A program made the translations under genes and the position numbers. From Macrostomum lignano (lineage: Eukaryota), in the NCBI GenBank assembly GCA_002269645.1, contig NIVC01003408.1:1-64000 (forward strand): DNA of 64,000 nucleotides. Reading direction: 5' to 3'. Within the stretch, counting starts at the first letter, position 1; the number at the start of each line of letters is the position of its first letter. The notes under the pieces are model-generated. The model had not been told where the DNA came from. It did no database searches and saw nothing but the letters and a program-made list of their open reading frames with translations. Below are positions 40,231-51,402 of this stretch, in pieces.

Positions 40231-40656
40231 TCACTTTCTACCGTAGCGAATCGACGGCCTGTAGAACCCGTCGGACGCGCGCCTGCCGATCCGAATGAGC
40301 CGCATGGCCCGCTTGTCGGCCTCCTCGTTCCAGCCGTCCCAGCTGCGCCTGCCGATCCGCATGAGCCGCATGGCCCGCTTGTTCAGTCCGTAAACGAAAT
40401 TTTCCCCTTCATGGGTCAGCAAGTCCCGGCGAACTGATCGCCTCACTGCAGGCATCATCAGGTTGTAGAGTCCGCGGTTCGATTCTTTATCGTCTGGTTC
40501 CCAGCGGACGCCTCTGGAGCAGCCGCCCTCCCCGATTAGACCGATGGCTGAGGGGAATTTGTTAGTTTTCTAATTGATATGCGATAGCAGTAGGAATCGA
40601 GCCCGGGACTCACCGGCAAATGCCAGCACGCAGAGCGCTAGGTCGATCCGTTGCAT
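40231..40656 (-). CDS. Neuropeptide precursor 1 (myomodulin-like + RYamide); exons 40656-40614 and 40547-40231; 119 aa
   Basis: gccaccATG; signal peptide MQRIDLALCVLAFAAIGLIGEGGC; 66-nt GT-AG phase-1 intron; KR-AMRLMRIG-RR, KR-AMRLIRIG-RR, ASDGFYRPSIRYG-RK*. AATAAA at 40097-40102. Confidence 0.92.
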
Positions 40657-41278
40657 GGTGGCTTGAAGTCGCTGCCGATATTGCCGATTGCAGACAGGCC
40701 CCCGATCGGTGACTCAGCGCGGCCCTGCCGAGCCGCTTTTGTAGCCAAGCGGGCAGATCTGCAGACCGCCAATCCGAAGCGGACAGGTGGGCGGTGTGGT
40801 GATGGCCGGGACCAGAATGAAGTCTTGAGTAATTGTCAATTACCATGTAAAGCCGTTTTCCTGCACCGCGGCGTCCCTTGCCATGATCGAATGCTTCCAT
40901 TTTACATGGAAACGACTCGTTTGCGTGCCACCGGATGCGAATGCAACCGGCGCATCTTTCACCTCGGCCGGCAAGCTGCAACCAGCAGACCGTTTGACAC
41001 TGTTCGGTAATTCGAATTTCGATGATGCATTGATGGCGTCTTGGTCGAGGAGGCAATGCGACTGGAATTGGCGATCACGATTTGCAAGACATTCAGAAGA
41101 GAACCTATTTGCTCCTACTTTAAAAATACGCTCGTAGTAGGGCGCGTCCTTTTTTAATTTGACTAAGTTTGTGCTTTGTATTGCTTTGAAAGCCATATGA
41201 AGTCCGTATTGGAGACTTAGATTTACTGGCGCCCCCGGTGTTACGGTTTAGGCCTGTTTTGGGTCGCCGATCCGATCC

Positions 41279-41540
41279 GGAGACTGCAAATGGGCTGGGA
41301 TCTCCGACCGGAGACCTTAAAGGGTGTAAGATCTCCTTCGGAGACTACAAACGGTTATGGGTCTCCGCAATAGGAGATCCGTAACCGTTGTGCATGGGAT
41401 CTCCATGGCATGGTCAGGTCTCCCTATCTGGAGATCCTAAACCAGATTCTGTTGTCCCCTAGGAGATTCTGCACCGTTGGCCGCTCTCCGTCACGAGTGC
41501 AAAAACTAAGGTTTGGTTTAGGATCTCCGGTTACCGATCT
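41279..41540. repeat. Degenerate ~30-bp array with palindromic GGAGAY...RTCTCC ends
   Basis: Units 41279-41305, 41310-41336, 41340-41366, 41373-41404, plus further half-sites to ~41540. Confidence 0.7.
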
Positions 41541-42257
41541 CCTCCCATAATTATTGTCGAAAATTCTAATCTTTAGCTTTTTATTGTGTATAGAAACCTG
41601 TTCTTAAACACTTAACAACGTCAGTAATTTTTCCGTTTCAAGGCATTTTCCAAATGAGAAAGTAGTTTTCTCTGTAGCTCGCAAATTTCGCAGCGGTCAT
41701 GCAGTCGGGGAAAATAGCAAGCTTTGGTACATCCGCAATACAATTGTAACAAAAAACTGGAGAAAGTAAGAAAATCCCAAACTGACAATGGCTCACCATA
41801 TGCCTTCACTGCTTATACACGAGCTACAGTTTGCAATTCTTTCCCTTGTCGCGCTCAATGGCTCATTCCTTCCGCCGTCAAATGACGCAATCAAATCATT
41901 CGACTTACGAGTACATATGTATGTATAAAAGACGAAAAAATCATGCACAAGTCCAACCAAGACTAAATTTAGCCCCACTTGATTGATGGCTGTGTGAACG
42001 GGTCTTAAACTAGATAGATGAACTTATCGAAAAAGTTGCGCAAGCAAGGCTGCTCGTACGCTGGACTTTTTAAAATCAGAGAAATTTAATATAGCTCCTA
42101 TTTTCTAAGATAAGAACACTCCGGAGAGTCTAGCATGGTGGCGATCTCTAACCTTATCGTACATGTATGTCAGGGCTTCTGATATCCGTGCGGGCGATTG
42201 TAAAATCGCGTAATTTTTCGGGTTGGATTAACTCCAGAGAACAGACACCCTTACACC

Positions 42258-42375
42258 GGTGCTGGCGCCCCTGGTGCTGGCGCCCCTAGTGCTGGCGCCC
42301 CTGGTGCTGGCGCCCCTGGTGCTGGCGCCCCTGGTGCTGGCGCCCCTGGTGCTGGCGCCCCTGGTGCTGGCGCCC
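42258..42375. repeat. 15-bp tandem repeat (ggtgctggcgcccct), ~8 copies
   Basis: Direct reading. Confidence 0.95.
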
Positions 42376-43585
42376 AATGGCAGGCAAGTCAAATGGCAGG
42401 CAAGTCAAATGGCAGGCAAGTCAAATGGCAGGCAAGTCAAATGGCAGGCAAGTCAAATGGCAGGCAAGTCAAATGGCAGGCAAGTCAAATGGCAGGCAAG
42501 TCAAATGGCAGGCAAGTCAAATGGCAGGCAAGTCAAATGGCAGGCAAGTCAAATGGCAGGCAAGTCAAATGGCAGGCAAGTCAAATGGCAGGCAAGTCAA
42601 ATGGCAGGCAAGTCAAATGGCAGGCAAGTCAAATGGCAGGCAAGTCAAATGGCAGGCAAGTCAAATGGCAGGCAAGTCAAATGGCAGGCAAGTCAAATGG
42701 CAGGCAAGTCAAATGGCAGGCAAGTCAAATGGCAGGCAAGTCAAATGGCAGGCAAGTCAAATGGCAGGCAAGTCAAATGGCAGGCAAGTCAAATGGCAGG
42801 CAAGTCAAATGGCAGGCAAGTCAAATGGCAGGCAAGTCAAATGGCAGGCAAGTCAAATGGCAGGCAAGTCAAATGGCAGGCAAGTCAAATGGCAGGCAAG
42901 TCAAATGGCAGGCAAGTCAAATGGCAGGCAAGTCAAATGGCAGGCAAGTCAAATGGCAGGCAAGTCAAATGGCAGGCAAGTCAAATGGCAGGCAAGTCAA
43001 ATGGCAGGCAAGTCAAATGGCAGGCAAGTCAAATGGCAGGCAAGTCAAATGGCAGGCAAGTCAAATGGCAGGCAAGTCAAATGGCAGGCAAGTCAAATGG
43101 CAGGCAAGTCAAATGGCAGGCAAGTCAAATGGCAGGCAAGTCAAATGGCAGGCAAGTCAAATGGCAGGCAAGTCAAATGGCAGGCAAGTCAAATGGCAGG
43201 CAAGTCAAATGGCAGGCAAGTCAAATGGCAGGCAAGTCAAATGGCAGGCAAGTCAAATGGCAGGCAAGTCAAATGGCAGGCAAGTCAAATGGCAGGCAAG
43301 TCAAATGGCAGGCAAGTCAAATGGCAGGCAAGTCAAATGGCAGGCAAGTCAAATGGCAGGCAAGTCAAATGGCAGGCAAGTCAAATGGCAGGCAAGTCAA
43401 ATGGCAGGCAAGTCAAATGGCAGGCAAGTCAAATGGCAGGCAAGTCAAATGGCAGGCAAGTCAAATGGCAGGCAAGTCAAATGGCAGGCAAGTCAAATGG
43501 CAGGCAAGTCAAATGGCAGGCAAGTCAAATGGCAGGCAAGTCAAATGGCAGGCAAGTCAAATGGCAGGCAAGTCAAATGGCAGGC
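42376..43585. repeat. 16-bp tandem repeat (aatggcaggcaagtca), ~75 copies, no variants seen
   Basis: Direct reading; abuts the 15-bp array. Confidence 0.97.
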
Positions 43586-44581
43586 TCCAGTGACCGAAGT
43601 TTTAGAAGTTCCCATATCCCATATTTAAAAGCAGCATTGAAAAGTCGCCACCCTTTGCGCCAGCAAGGACTACTAGACTGCTCGTAGGAGGACGCAACGA
43701 AGAGTTCCTAGTGGTCCTTGTGCGCTAGTAATCAACTTCTCTCCAACCTTCCTTGCAAGTTGCACAACTCAAACTTACGCATACAACACGCAATCACCAC
43801 CATCGTAATCAATGTTGCTGACTGCACATACGAGTACACTTAGCTAGTGACTTTTTACTGTTTTCTCAGATGTTATAAAAATGCATCCCAGCAGCCACTG
43901 CTGCAACTAAGGAAAATATTTTCATTTATGCTCAGCAACATTAAAAGCTACCACCCCAGATCTGGTGCGCCTGAACGAACGAGAGTTTAAAAAATCTTGT
44001 GTCATTTGCAGTGCCGTGAGCTGAAGTCAGTCGCTCTATGCCAATGCTCTGGGGTGGTAGTTTTCAATGTTGCTGAATATTGATGTCTATATATATACAA
44101 ATGTACATATTGTATGTATAGAATCTAAGCTCTTTACGAGCACTTAGCTATGGCAATACACTCATTAGTCATTCCGCGTAATGGCAATCAGAAGTTTGCT
44201 TTCTAGGAAACTCTAATGACCTGGAAACTTCTGCCCGAATTCACTACGAGCCCGTAGTAAATGTGTAGAAGCGTTGAATTAAATTAACCTGCAACATTTT
44301 ATTCATTCCTGTCAGCATAGGCAGCTTCCCGAAAAGTACAATTGATTTAAACATTGAAACCCAATGAATAAAACTCCGCCTGCTGGTTAAACATTGGGCG
44401 ATGCGCAGGTCTCAAGCTGTAGAAGAAATCCGTCTGCGCGCCGCCTGTTTGTGTATTTTTACGGTTTTAGGTAGCTCTTAATCAGCCTGCGGGACAGCGG
44501 GATGGGGAGTGACTGCAGCTAGTCATTTAGCCATTCAAGGGTTGCCCAACTGTGCCGGGAGTTCAAGGAAAAAACGGCCGC

Positions 44582-45030
44582 TTATTTCCCGTAGCGGAAG
44601 CTGGGCCGATAGAAGCCGCCGCTGGACTTCTTGCCAAGCCGCAGGAGCTTCATCGCCCGCTTGTCGGCCTCGCCAGCCCAGGCGTTCCGCTTGCGGCCGA
44701 GGCGCATCAGCCGCATCGCCCGCTTGTCCAGCCCGTCCAGCATCTCCGCTTCATCAGCGGTGAGCGGCTCGCGCCCAATGCGCGGCAGAGTCGTCTGGCG
44801 AACTCGTTCAGAGCCGGTCGCCGGATTCTGAGCTCCGTGGTTCGAGTCCTCGTCGCCCGAATGCCACCTGGAGCAACCGCCGCCGCCGATGAGGCAGATC
44901 GCTGATTGAGGCGAAGAATTCAGACTCTGTTTAGTGCGGACACAAATTCTAGCGGCAAGACTGCATGGATGAAGATGATCAACTTACCGACAACAGTCAC
45001 AGTGAAGAGCAGTAGATCTGGGCGATGCAT
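44582..45030 (-). CDS. Neuropeptide precursor 2 (paralog); exons 45030-44988 and 44901-44582; 120 aa; not in the ORF track
   Basis: MHRPDLLLFTVTVV|AICLIGGGGCSRW...QTTLPRIGR...KR-AMRLMRLG-RKR-NAWAGEAD-KR-AMKLLRLG-KK-SSGGFYRPSFRYG-K*. 86-nt GT-AG phase-1 intron; exon 1 is 43 nt as in paralog 1. AATAAA at 44298-44303. Confidence 0.92.
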
Positions 45031-45540
45031 TGTCCGGAACTAATAAATAGACACTTGGAATTCGATTTATGCCTACACGGGTGCTATGATAGCTAAAGTT
45101 ATGTTGCCACAAAAGCTCCCGATGGGTGGATTGCTCAGCTATTATCTGGGATGGGCTGGGAAAGCGATGAACTCAAGTCGGCTGACTCCCATTTTAGTAA
45201 GAACGAGTCCGCAGCCCGATCGACCAATGAGGCAGGCCGCAGCCTCTCGGCTTCTCAATGGTGTCAAATGGCCATTGAATTTTTATTGGAAGCGCCGCTC
45301 AGGCCAGCGATGGAGTGGCCATGGATGATTCAGAAGTGCAGACATCCACAATTTAAATTAATCCAGCTGATTCGTAAGCATGTATTTATGAATTCTCAAA
45401 GTTGAAATTGAGGAATGAAGTTGGGGGAGCGGTGTGCGAGGTTAGGACGGATTAAAGCTACCCCTCAGTTTTTTCGTATCTTTTATTTTAGAATTGCTCA
45501 CTGGCGCATAGAGGGGCGAATTTTCGATGTTGCTGAGTGC

Positions 45541-45615
45541 ATGTGCTCAGCAGGCAGCGGAATGGACAGAATTGCCTCAGCGCTGGTTGTGGCCGAAGGC
45601 GTTGCGTCAGGGTAG
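45541..45615 (+). mobile_element. 3' fragment of the family-1-related SINE
   Basis: tgtgctcag..gaatg..cagaattgcctcagc.ctggtt...ccgaaggcgt.gcg.cagggt matches 14952-15035. Confidence 0.55.
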
Positions 45616-46346
45616 CCGCAGCCCTCCCGCGATCACCCATTTTTACCCGAATTAGCCGTTAAGAATTTTCAAACTAAAAAACGAAAAACTTCCAGAGGTT
45701 AGAACTCAAAGTTGATCTCTCCTCTCCGATAAAAAAGACGTCAAGAAATTGGAGCTGAAAAGCAGAGTAAAGTCGATATCAAGCCTCTCAAACTTCGAAA
45801 GAGGACAGAACTAGCCGAAGAGGCGGCAGACGTCAGTCAGATCAACAAAGAAGCCGACAGCAGCCGATACTCTCGGGTCGATTGAGCCGCGCCGCCATGA
45901 CGGGCTCAGACTGACGCCAACGACTGCAAGGCCGAGCCCAAGGAATTATAATTGGAGTTACTATGGCAACAGCTCAGGTAAACGAAAGGCCTGACAGGGC
46001 TATTCAACAATATCTGGCCGATTGAATTGAATAAGCGCGGGCATTGATCGCCAGTTCAAGAGGCCTCCAAAGCGGCTTATAAATGAATACTGAATCGCCT
46101 GCCGCTGCTCCCCTGGCTCAGGAAATTGAATTTGGGGCCCTCAAGCGCCCCCCCTCTCCACACTGCCAAAGCCCAGAATACCCAAGCCATTCAACTCCTG
46201 GCTGGTGGCAGCTCTCATTATCTTGGCACCATGCAGACCAACAGGCAGGCCAAGTCTGCAGCCGGATGGAGCCGTGGCGGAAGACAAACGGCCCCCAATA
46301 TTTATATATAAGAAAAGGCCAATCGAGAGTCTATCTCGGGTGTGAC

Positions 46347-46386
<40 letters not shown>

Positions 46387-46719
46387 CTTTGCTGAGCTAA
46401 GCTAAGAGATAATTTCTACATGTCACACGGCTGGCTGAGTCGAGCTTGAGTCGAGAAGATCTGCAGAACATCCGTATCACATCAGCATAGATCTACAAAT
46501 ACACAAATCCGTGGTCTGACCCTATTTGACCTTATACCGGTTTCTTAATTAAAAAACTCATAGAAATGAGCTGATTAATAATTTATTAACGCCAGTACCT
46601 GATAGGGTTTTGAATAAATTTATAAAAATGTATTTAAAGAATTCAGTTACAAAAGTTGAGTGATCAAGTATTTCACAGAGAAATTCAAACTGCTACCCAG
46701 ACAGCAGCGAGTCAAAACT

Positions 46720-47010
46720 GGGAGAGGGTGGGGAGATGATGGGGAGACAATGATGAGATGATGGAAGATGATGAGTAGATGATGGGAGAATATGGGAGCT
46801 GATAGAGAGAGCGTGGGGAAGTGATGGGGAAGTGATTGGGGAAGTGATGGGGAGGTGATGAGGAGGTGAAGGGGAGATGATGGGGTGATGGAGAGGTGAT
46901 GGGGAGATGATGGGGTGATGGGGAGGTGATGGGGAGATGATGGGGAGGTGATGGAGAGGTGATGGGGAGGTGATGGGGAGATGACGGGGAGATGATAGGG
47001 AGAGGATTAG
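46720..47010. repeat. Purine-rich low-complexity repeat (gatggggag-like)
   Basis: Direct reading. Confidence 0.85.
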
Positions 47011-47108
47011 AGACGTGAAGTCTGAATGGAGCCTATAAATCAATCAATCAGAGAATCAATCAGAAGCAGTCAGTCGAGTTTAGTGTGCTCAGTGGGTGTC
47101 CCAGTCCC

Positions 47109-49828
47109 TCAGGCCCACTCCCTGACAATGTCGGCGTAGCGGCCCTGGGCCTGCCTGTCCAGCTGGTGGCAGGCGTGGCAGTTGTTGCCGTTGTTGGGGC
47201 CGCAGAAGCCGTCAGTGGCGGGGTCGTGCGCCATGTTGGGCCGGCCGCAGTAGAACCGGCCGGTCTCTTGGCCGACCCGAGCGATGACGCCTTCGCGGTT
47301 GACGAGCGCGTGCTCGCCGGGTCGCAGGCCGAAGGTCGCCAGGTCGGCGCGCATGCAGTCGCAGCAGTTGCAGCCGTTGTTGGGGCCGCAGATGCCGTCG
47401 CAGCAGTCGCAGGCTGGGCCGTTCAGCGGTCTGACGCAGTAGTTTTTGCCAGTGTGGCTGGTCGGCTGTCTGAGGGGTCGCAGTTTTGGGATGCTGAAAC
47501 AGCGACTTTGAGATGGTCTGTCAGGTGTGCTTGGGTATGTCAGGTGTGCTTGGGTATGTCAGGTGTATTTACGTATGTCAGGTGTGCTTGGGTATGTCAG
47601 GTGTGTTTAAGTATGTCAGGTGTGGTTACGTATGTCAGGTGTGCTTGAGTATGTCAGGTGTGCTTGGGTATGTCAGGTGTGCTTGGTGTCAGAGCTAGTT
47701 ACTGACACTACTCAACAAGCTCACTATAGCTTTTTTGTAAAGACTAAAGTCTGAAGCCTTAAATACTTTTATCAAATCAGACATCAGGCATGAATTTACA
47801 TTAATGCGTTGCTATTCGTCTTGCTTGACTTTTCAAATAGCAGCTTCGTTTAATAGTGACTCTGATCTATCTAAAGTTATTTGTATTCAAAAAACTTCTA
47901 AAAATCAGAATTAAAAACTGTCAATTCAGTGCTTTGGGGTTCTTGTTTGTGTTTTTACAATTGTCTGTCAAAAAAGTTACAAAGCCTTCAAACTAGACAA
48001 CACCGCACGATACAGTGGCATAAGAAAGCCTAACTGCTTGTTCAAAGGAAAAATTATTTAGATAATCCAACACTCGGAATGAGTTTGCCGAAGTGATCCT
48101 AAACTTACTACTGATAAACAGTAGTTAAAATGGCAACTCAGCCATCTCTCTCAATCCTCTTACGCATCTCACTCATCTCTGACCCATTCCACTCATATCA
48201 CTCATCTCTTACCCATTTCACCCATCTCTCACCCATTCCACTCATCTCACCCATTTCTTACCCATCTCACTCATCTCTTACCCATCTCACCCATTTCTGA
48301 CCCATCTCACTCATCTCTCACCCATCTCACCCATCTCAACCATCTCTCACCCATCTCTCACCCATCTCACCCATCTCTCACCCATCTCTCACTCATCTCA
48401 CCCATGTCTCACCCAGCTCACCCATGTCTCACCCATCTCACCCATCTCTTACCCATCTCATTCATCTCTCACCCATCTCACCCATTTCTGACCCATCCCA
48501 CTCATCTCTCACCGATCTCACCCATCTCTCACCCATCTCACTCATCTCTCGCCAATCTCATCCATCTCTCACCCATCTCATTCATCTCTCACCCATCTCA
48601 TTCATCTCTCACCCATCTCATTCATCTCTCACCCATCTCACTCATCTCTCACCCATCTCACCCATCTCTCACCCATCTCACCCATCTCTCACCCACCTGG
48701 ACGGATCGCGGGACAGTCCGGCAGCAGAGAACATGAGTCCGGGCATTCGAAGTCTCCGTGAAGACAGCGGCTGAACGGTGCCCTGCCTCTCAGGCGCCGC
48801 CCGGGCGCTAAAGAGTAGCGCTGATTTGCGCAACAACTGCGCCGCGTGGCGCTCCGTTAGGTGCGCCAAAAATTCGTCCGGCGCTCCGGCAAATTGACAG
48901 CCTGGCGCCGGGCATTGGCGCGGCTGCGCCGGGCAGAGGCGCCGGTGGTCTGCCTCGTCCGACCGGCTGCCCTCGGCGCCACAGTGACGGCAGCGCCACG
49001 GCTGACAGCCAATGAGCCGCCTGGCGAGGTGGTTGGGCGAGCCGCTGCAGCTGCGGCCGCAGTCTGGGCACACCTGCCGGGCGATGACCAGTTGCTGTGT
49101 GAGTTTACTGGTTGCTAGGGGGCTGTTGTACATTTCTTGGTTGCTAGGGGGCTGTTGTACATTTCTTGGTTGCTAGGGGGCTGTTGTACATTTCTTGGTT
49201 GCTAGGGGGCTGTTGTACATTTCTTGGTTGCTGGGGCGGTTGTACATTTCTTGGTTGCTAGGGGGCTGGTGTACATTTCCTGGTTGCTAGGGGGCTGCTG
49301 TACATTTCTTGGTTGTTAGGGGGCTGCTGTACATTTTTTTGGTTGCTAGGGGGCTGCTGTACATTTCTCAGGTTGCTGGGGGCTGCTGTACATTTCTTGG
49401 TTGCACTGTTGTGTATTTCTTGGTTGCTAGGGGCCAGCTGTACATTTCTTAGTTGCTAGGAGCCTATGTGTTTCTAAAAGCCTCTTGGTTACTAGGATCT
49501 AATTATAATAACTATATTTTTTATATTAAATTTGATGGGTAGTAAAAGTTCTACTTTAATGTATGTAGGACTTGAATTTAGATAGAAATTGAAATGGTCA
49601 AATAAAAAGTAGACTCCAATATACCTTCTCCAATAGATCCAAGCAAGCCTGGCATAAAAGTACATGACAGCACAATGTGTCTACAGCATCTGTAGCCAGG
49701 TCAGAGCATTTGTGACAATACAAAAACTTCAATAGCTGCTTTTTGTCATCATCTTGTATGTCTAACAATAGCTCAGAGTCGTCCAAGATTTCTGATGAAC
49801 CGGCATTACTGATGTCTAAAATGGGCAA
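47109..49828 (-). CDS. RING finger + TRAF/SIAH-like zinc finger + two Cys-rich CGPNNG repeats; exons 49828-49625, 49073-48697, 47493-47109; ~321 aa
   Basis: RING CHKC..DAVDTLCCHVLLCQAC..|VCPDC split across a phase-0 intron; CRHC..H..LCP..CPAPGC..HLTERH; exon 3 TGKNYC..CDCCDGICGPNNGCNCCDC and TGRFYCGR..DGFCGPNNGNNCHAC. Phases 0 and 2 consistent. An in-frame alternative acceptor exists at 49094. Confidence 0.8.
47519..47690. repeat. ~19-22-bp minisatellite (tatgtcaggtgtgcttggg) in intron 2 of the RING gene
   Basis: Direct reading. Confidence 0.9.
48140..48696. repeat. cccatctca/cccatctctca minisatellite reaching the donor site of exon 2
   Basis: Direct reading. Confidence 0.9.
49110..49470. 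repeat. ~29-bp minisatellite (ggttgctagggggctgttgtacatttctt) in intron 1
   Basis: About 12 degenerate copies. Confidence 0.9.
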
Positions 49829-51402
49829 TGGTCAAATGGTTAAAATTTATATTTAAATAAAACAAAATTTCGGAGAAAACATTATTCAGGGCTAGGCAAT
49901 TATTAAATGCTAATAATTAGGTAGTTTTATATTTTGAAAATAGACTAACATTGAATCATAGCTACTACTACTAGAGTTACAAGCAAAAATTGCAGTATTA
50001 CTTTTATGTATTTTAATTTATTGTTATTTTTATTGCATTTTATTGTATTATTGTATTTTGCTATAATTTTATGAGTTCAAAAATACATTGAAATTCTTGG
50101 TTTTCAATGTATTCCTTTCTCTCCTGCTATTCTACTCCTGAATTAAAAGTATTAATGCTAAATATCTCATAATATGTTTTCTCAGTTTCATAACCAATTC
50201 CTCATTTTCTAAGCTATGATCGGTCTAATACGTAATAGCATACTGATAGTGATACTAAAATATGATAAAAACGAGTGTAAATAAAACATCAATAATGTTT
50301 TTTGATTAAGAAAAAGATTCTATTCTATGTTATGCATTTCTTACCATCGGAAAGCAATAGACTTCTAAAATTTACTGCTGTTTTATGGCAAGCTTGTACA
50401 CTTTTTATCTTATAGAAATAAAATTGTCCAGCTAACAATTAAGTTTAGGTTTGGTCTACGTCTACTCGCACGTCGCACTTAAACTAAAATCTAGTCCTAC
50501 CTACTTATTTATCTTGATTTGAATAGGTAATAGTTTTTAACATTGAAGAGTAGCTACTTACTTTTTCCAGCCATAAAGGTTGTTATGTGAATGAGTTACA
50601 GAATGAGGTTTGTATAAAAAAGCTACAATATAAAGACGTTGACCACTGACCCTTCAAGCTACCTAACCTATTTCTATGATTTCTGGTCAATTGACGCGTT
50701 TAAATATATGCTCTTTCAGCCAAATTAACAAAGCACGATAATAAAGGCTGGTTAATTTTTTTATCAGAAAATTATTTTAAATGAAGCTTAAAATCAACAT
50801 TGATTGCGAAAATCAATTCGTTTCAACTCAAAAAAGCCGACGTCAGGGTATACGACGTATTTTATCAATGACATCAAATATAAAAATAGACGAATTTTTG
50901 TTGTTGCTGTTGATCATTGAACACACGAAAACTCTACATGTGTATATTATAAACGACTGTACAGTCTGGGGTATCGAATCAATAAGAAAAAAACGAACTT
51001 ACGAAATATCATTACAAGCGGGGTGAGAGATATACCCATCTCCGCAGTGAATTTTTTTCCTGTAAATTAATTTAATTTTCTCTGCAATCTGATAAGGACG
51101 CATCTTTTTTCAATCTTAAAACCGCACATTTTGCTTCGATGCGCTTTTTCCCCTACTGTCAGTACGCTAGCTTAGGATTTTCTCTCTATTCTCTCATCTA
51201 GGCTGAGTTCTATACTAATTTATGACATTACTATTAATTATGTTAGATACTCAATGTACTTCCCTTAGGATTCTAATTTTGGGTTGTTTACGCATCTCTG
51301 AAGGTCAGGTTATCCGGGTCTGAGGTGGTTTGACCTCTAACAGTCTATACAGGCGACTAAGTCTGGGAGGAATGTTTTTTATCTCATTCTGACCCCCTAA
51401 TT

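Noticed and set aside
42259-43687. 400+ aa MAGKSNGRQVKWQASQ ORFs
   Set aside because: Artefact of a 16-bp tandem repeat cycling through all three frames.
44509-44905. Plus-strand ORFs of 66-117 aa (also 40219-40437)
   Set aside because: Antisense shadows of the GC-rich neuropeptide exons.
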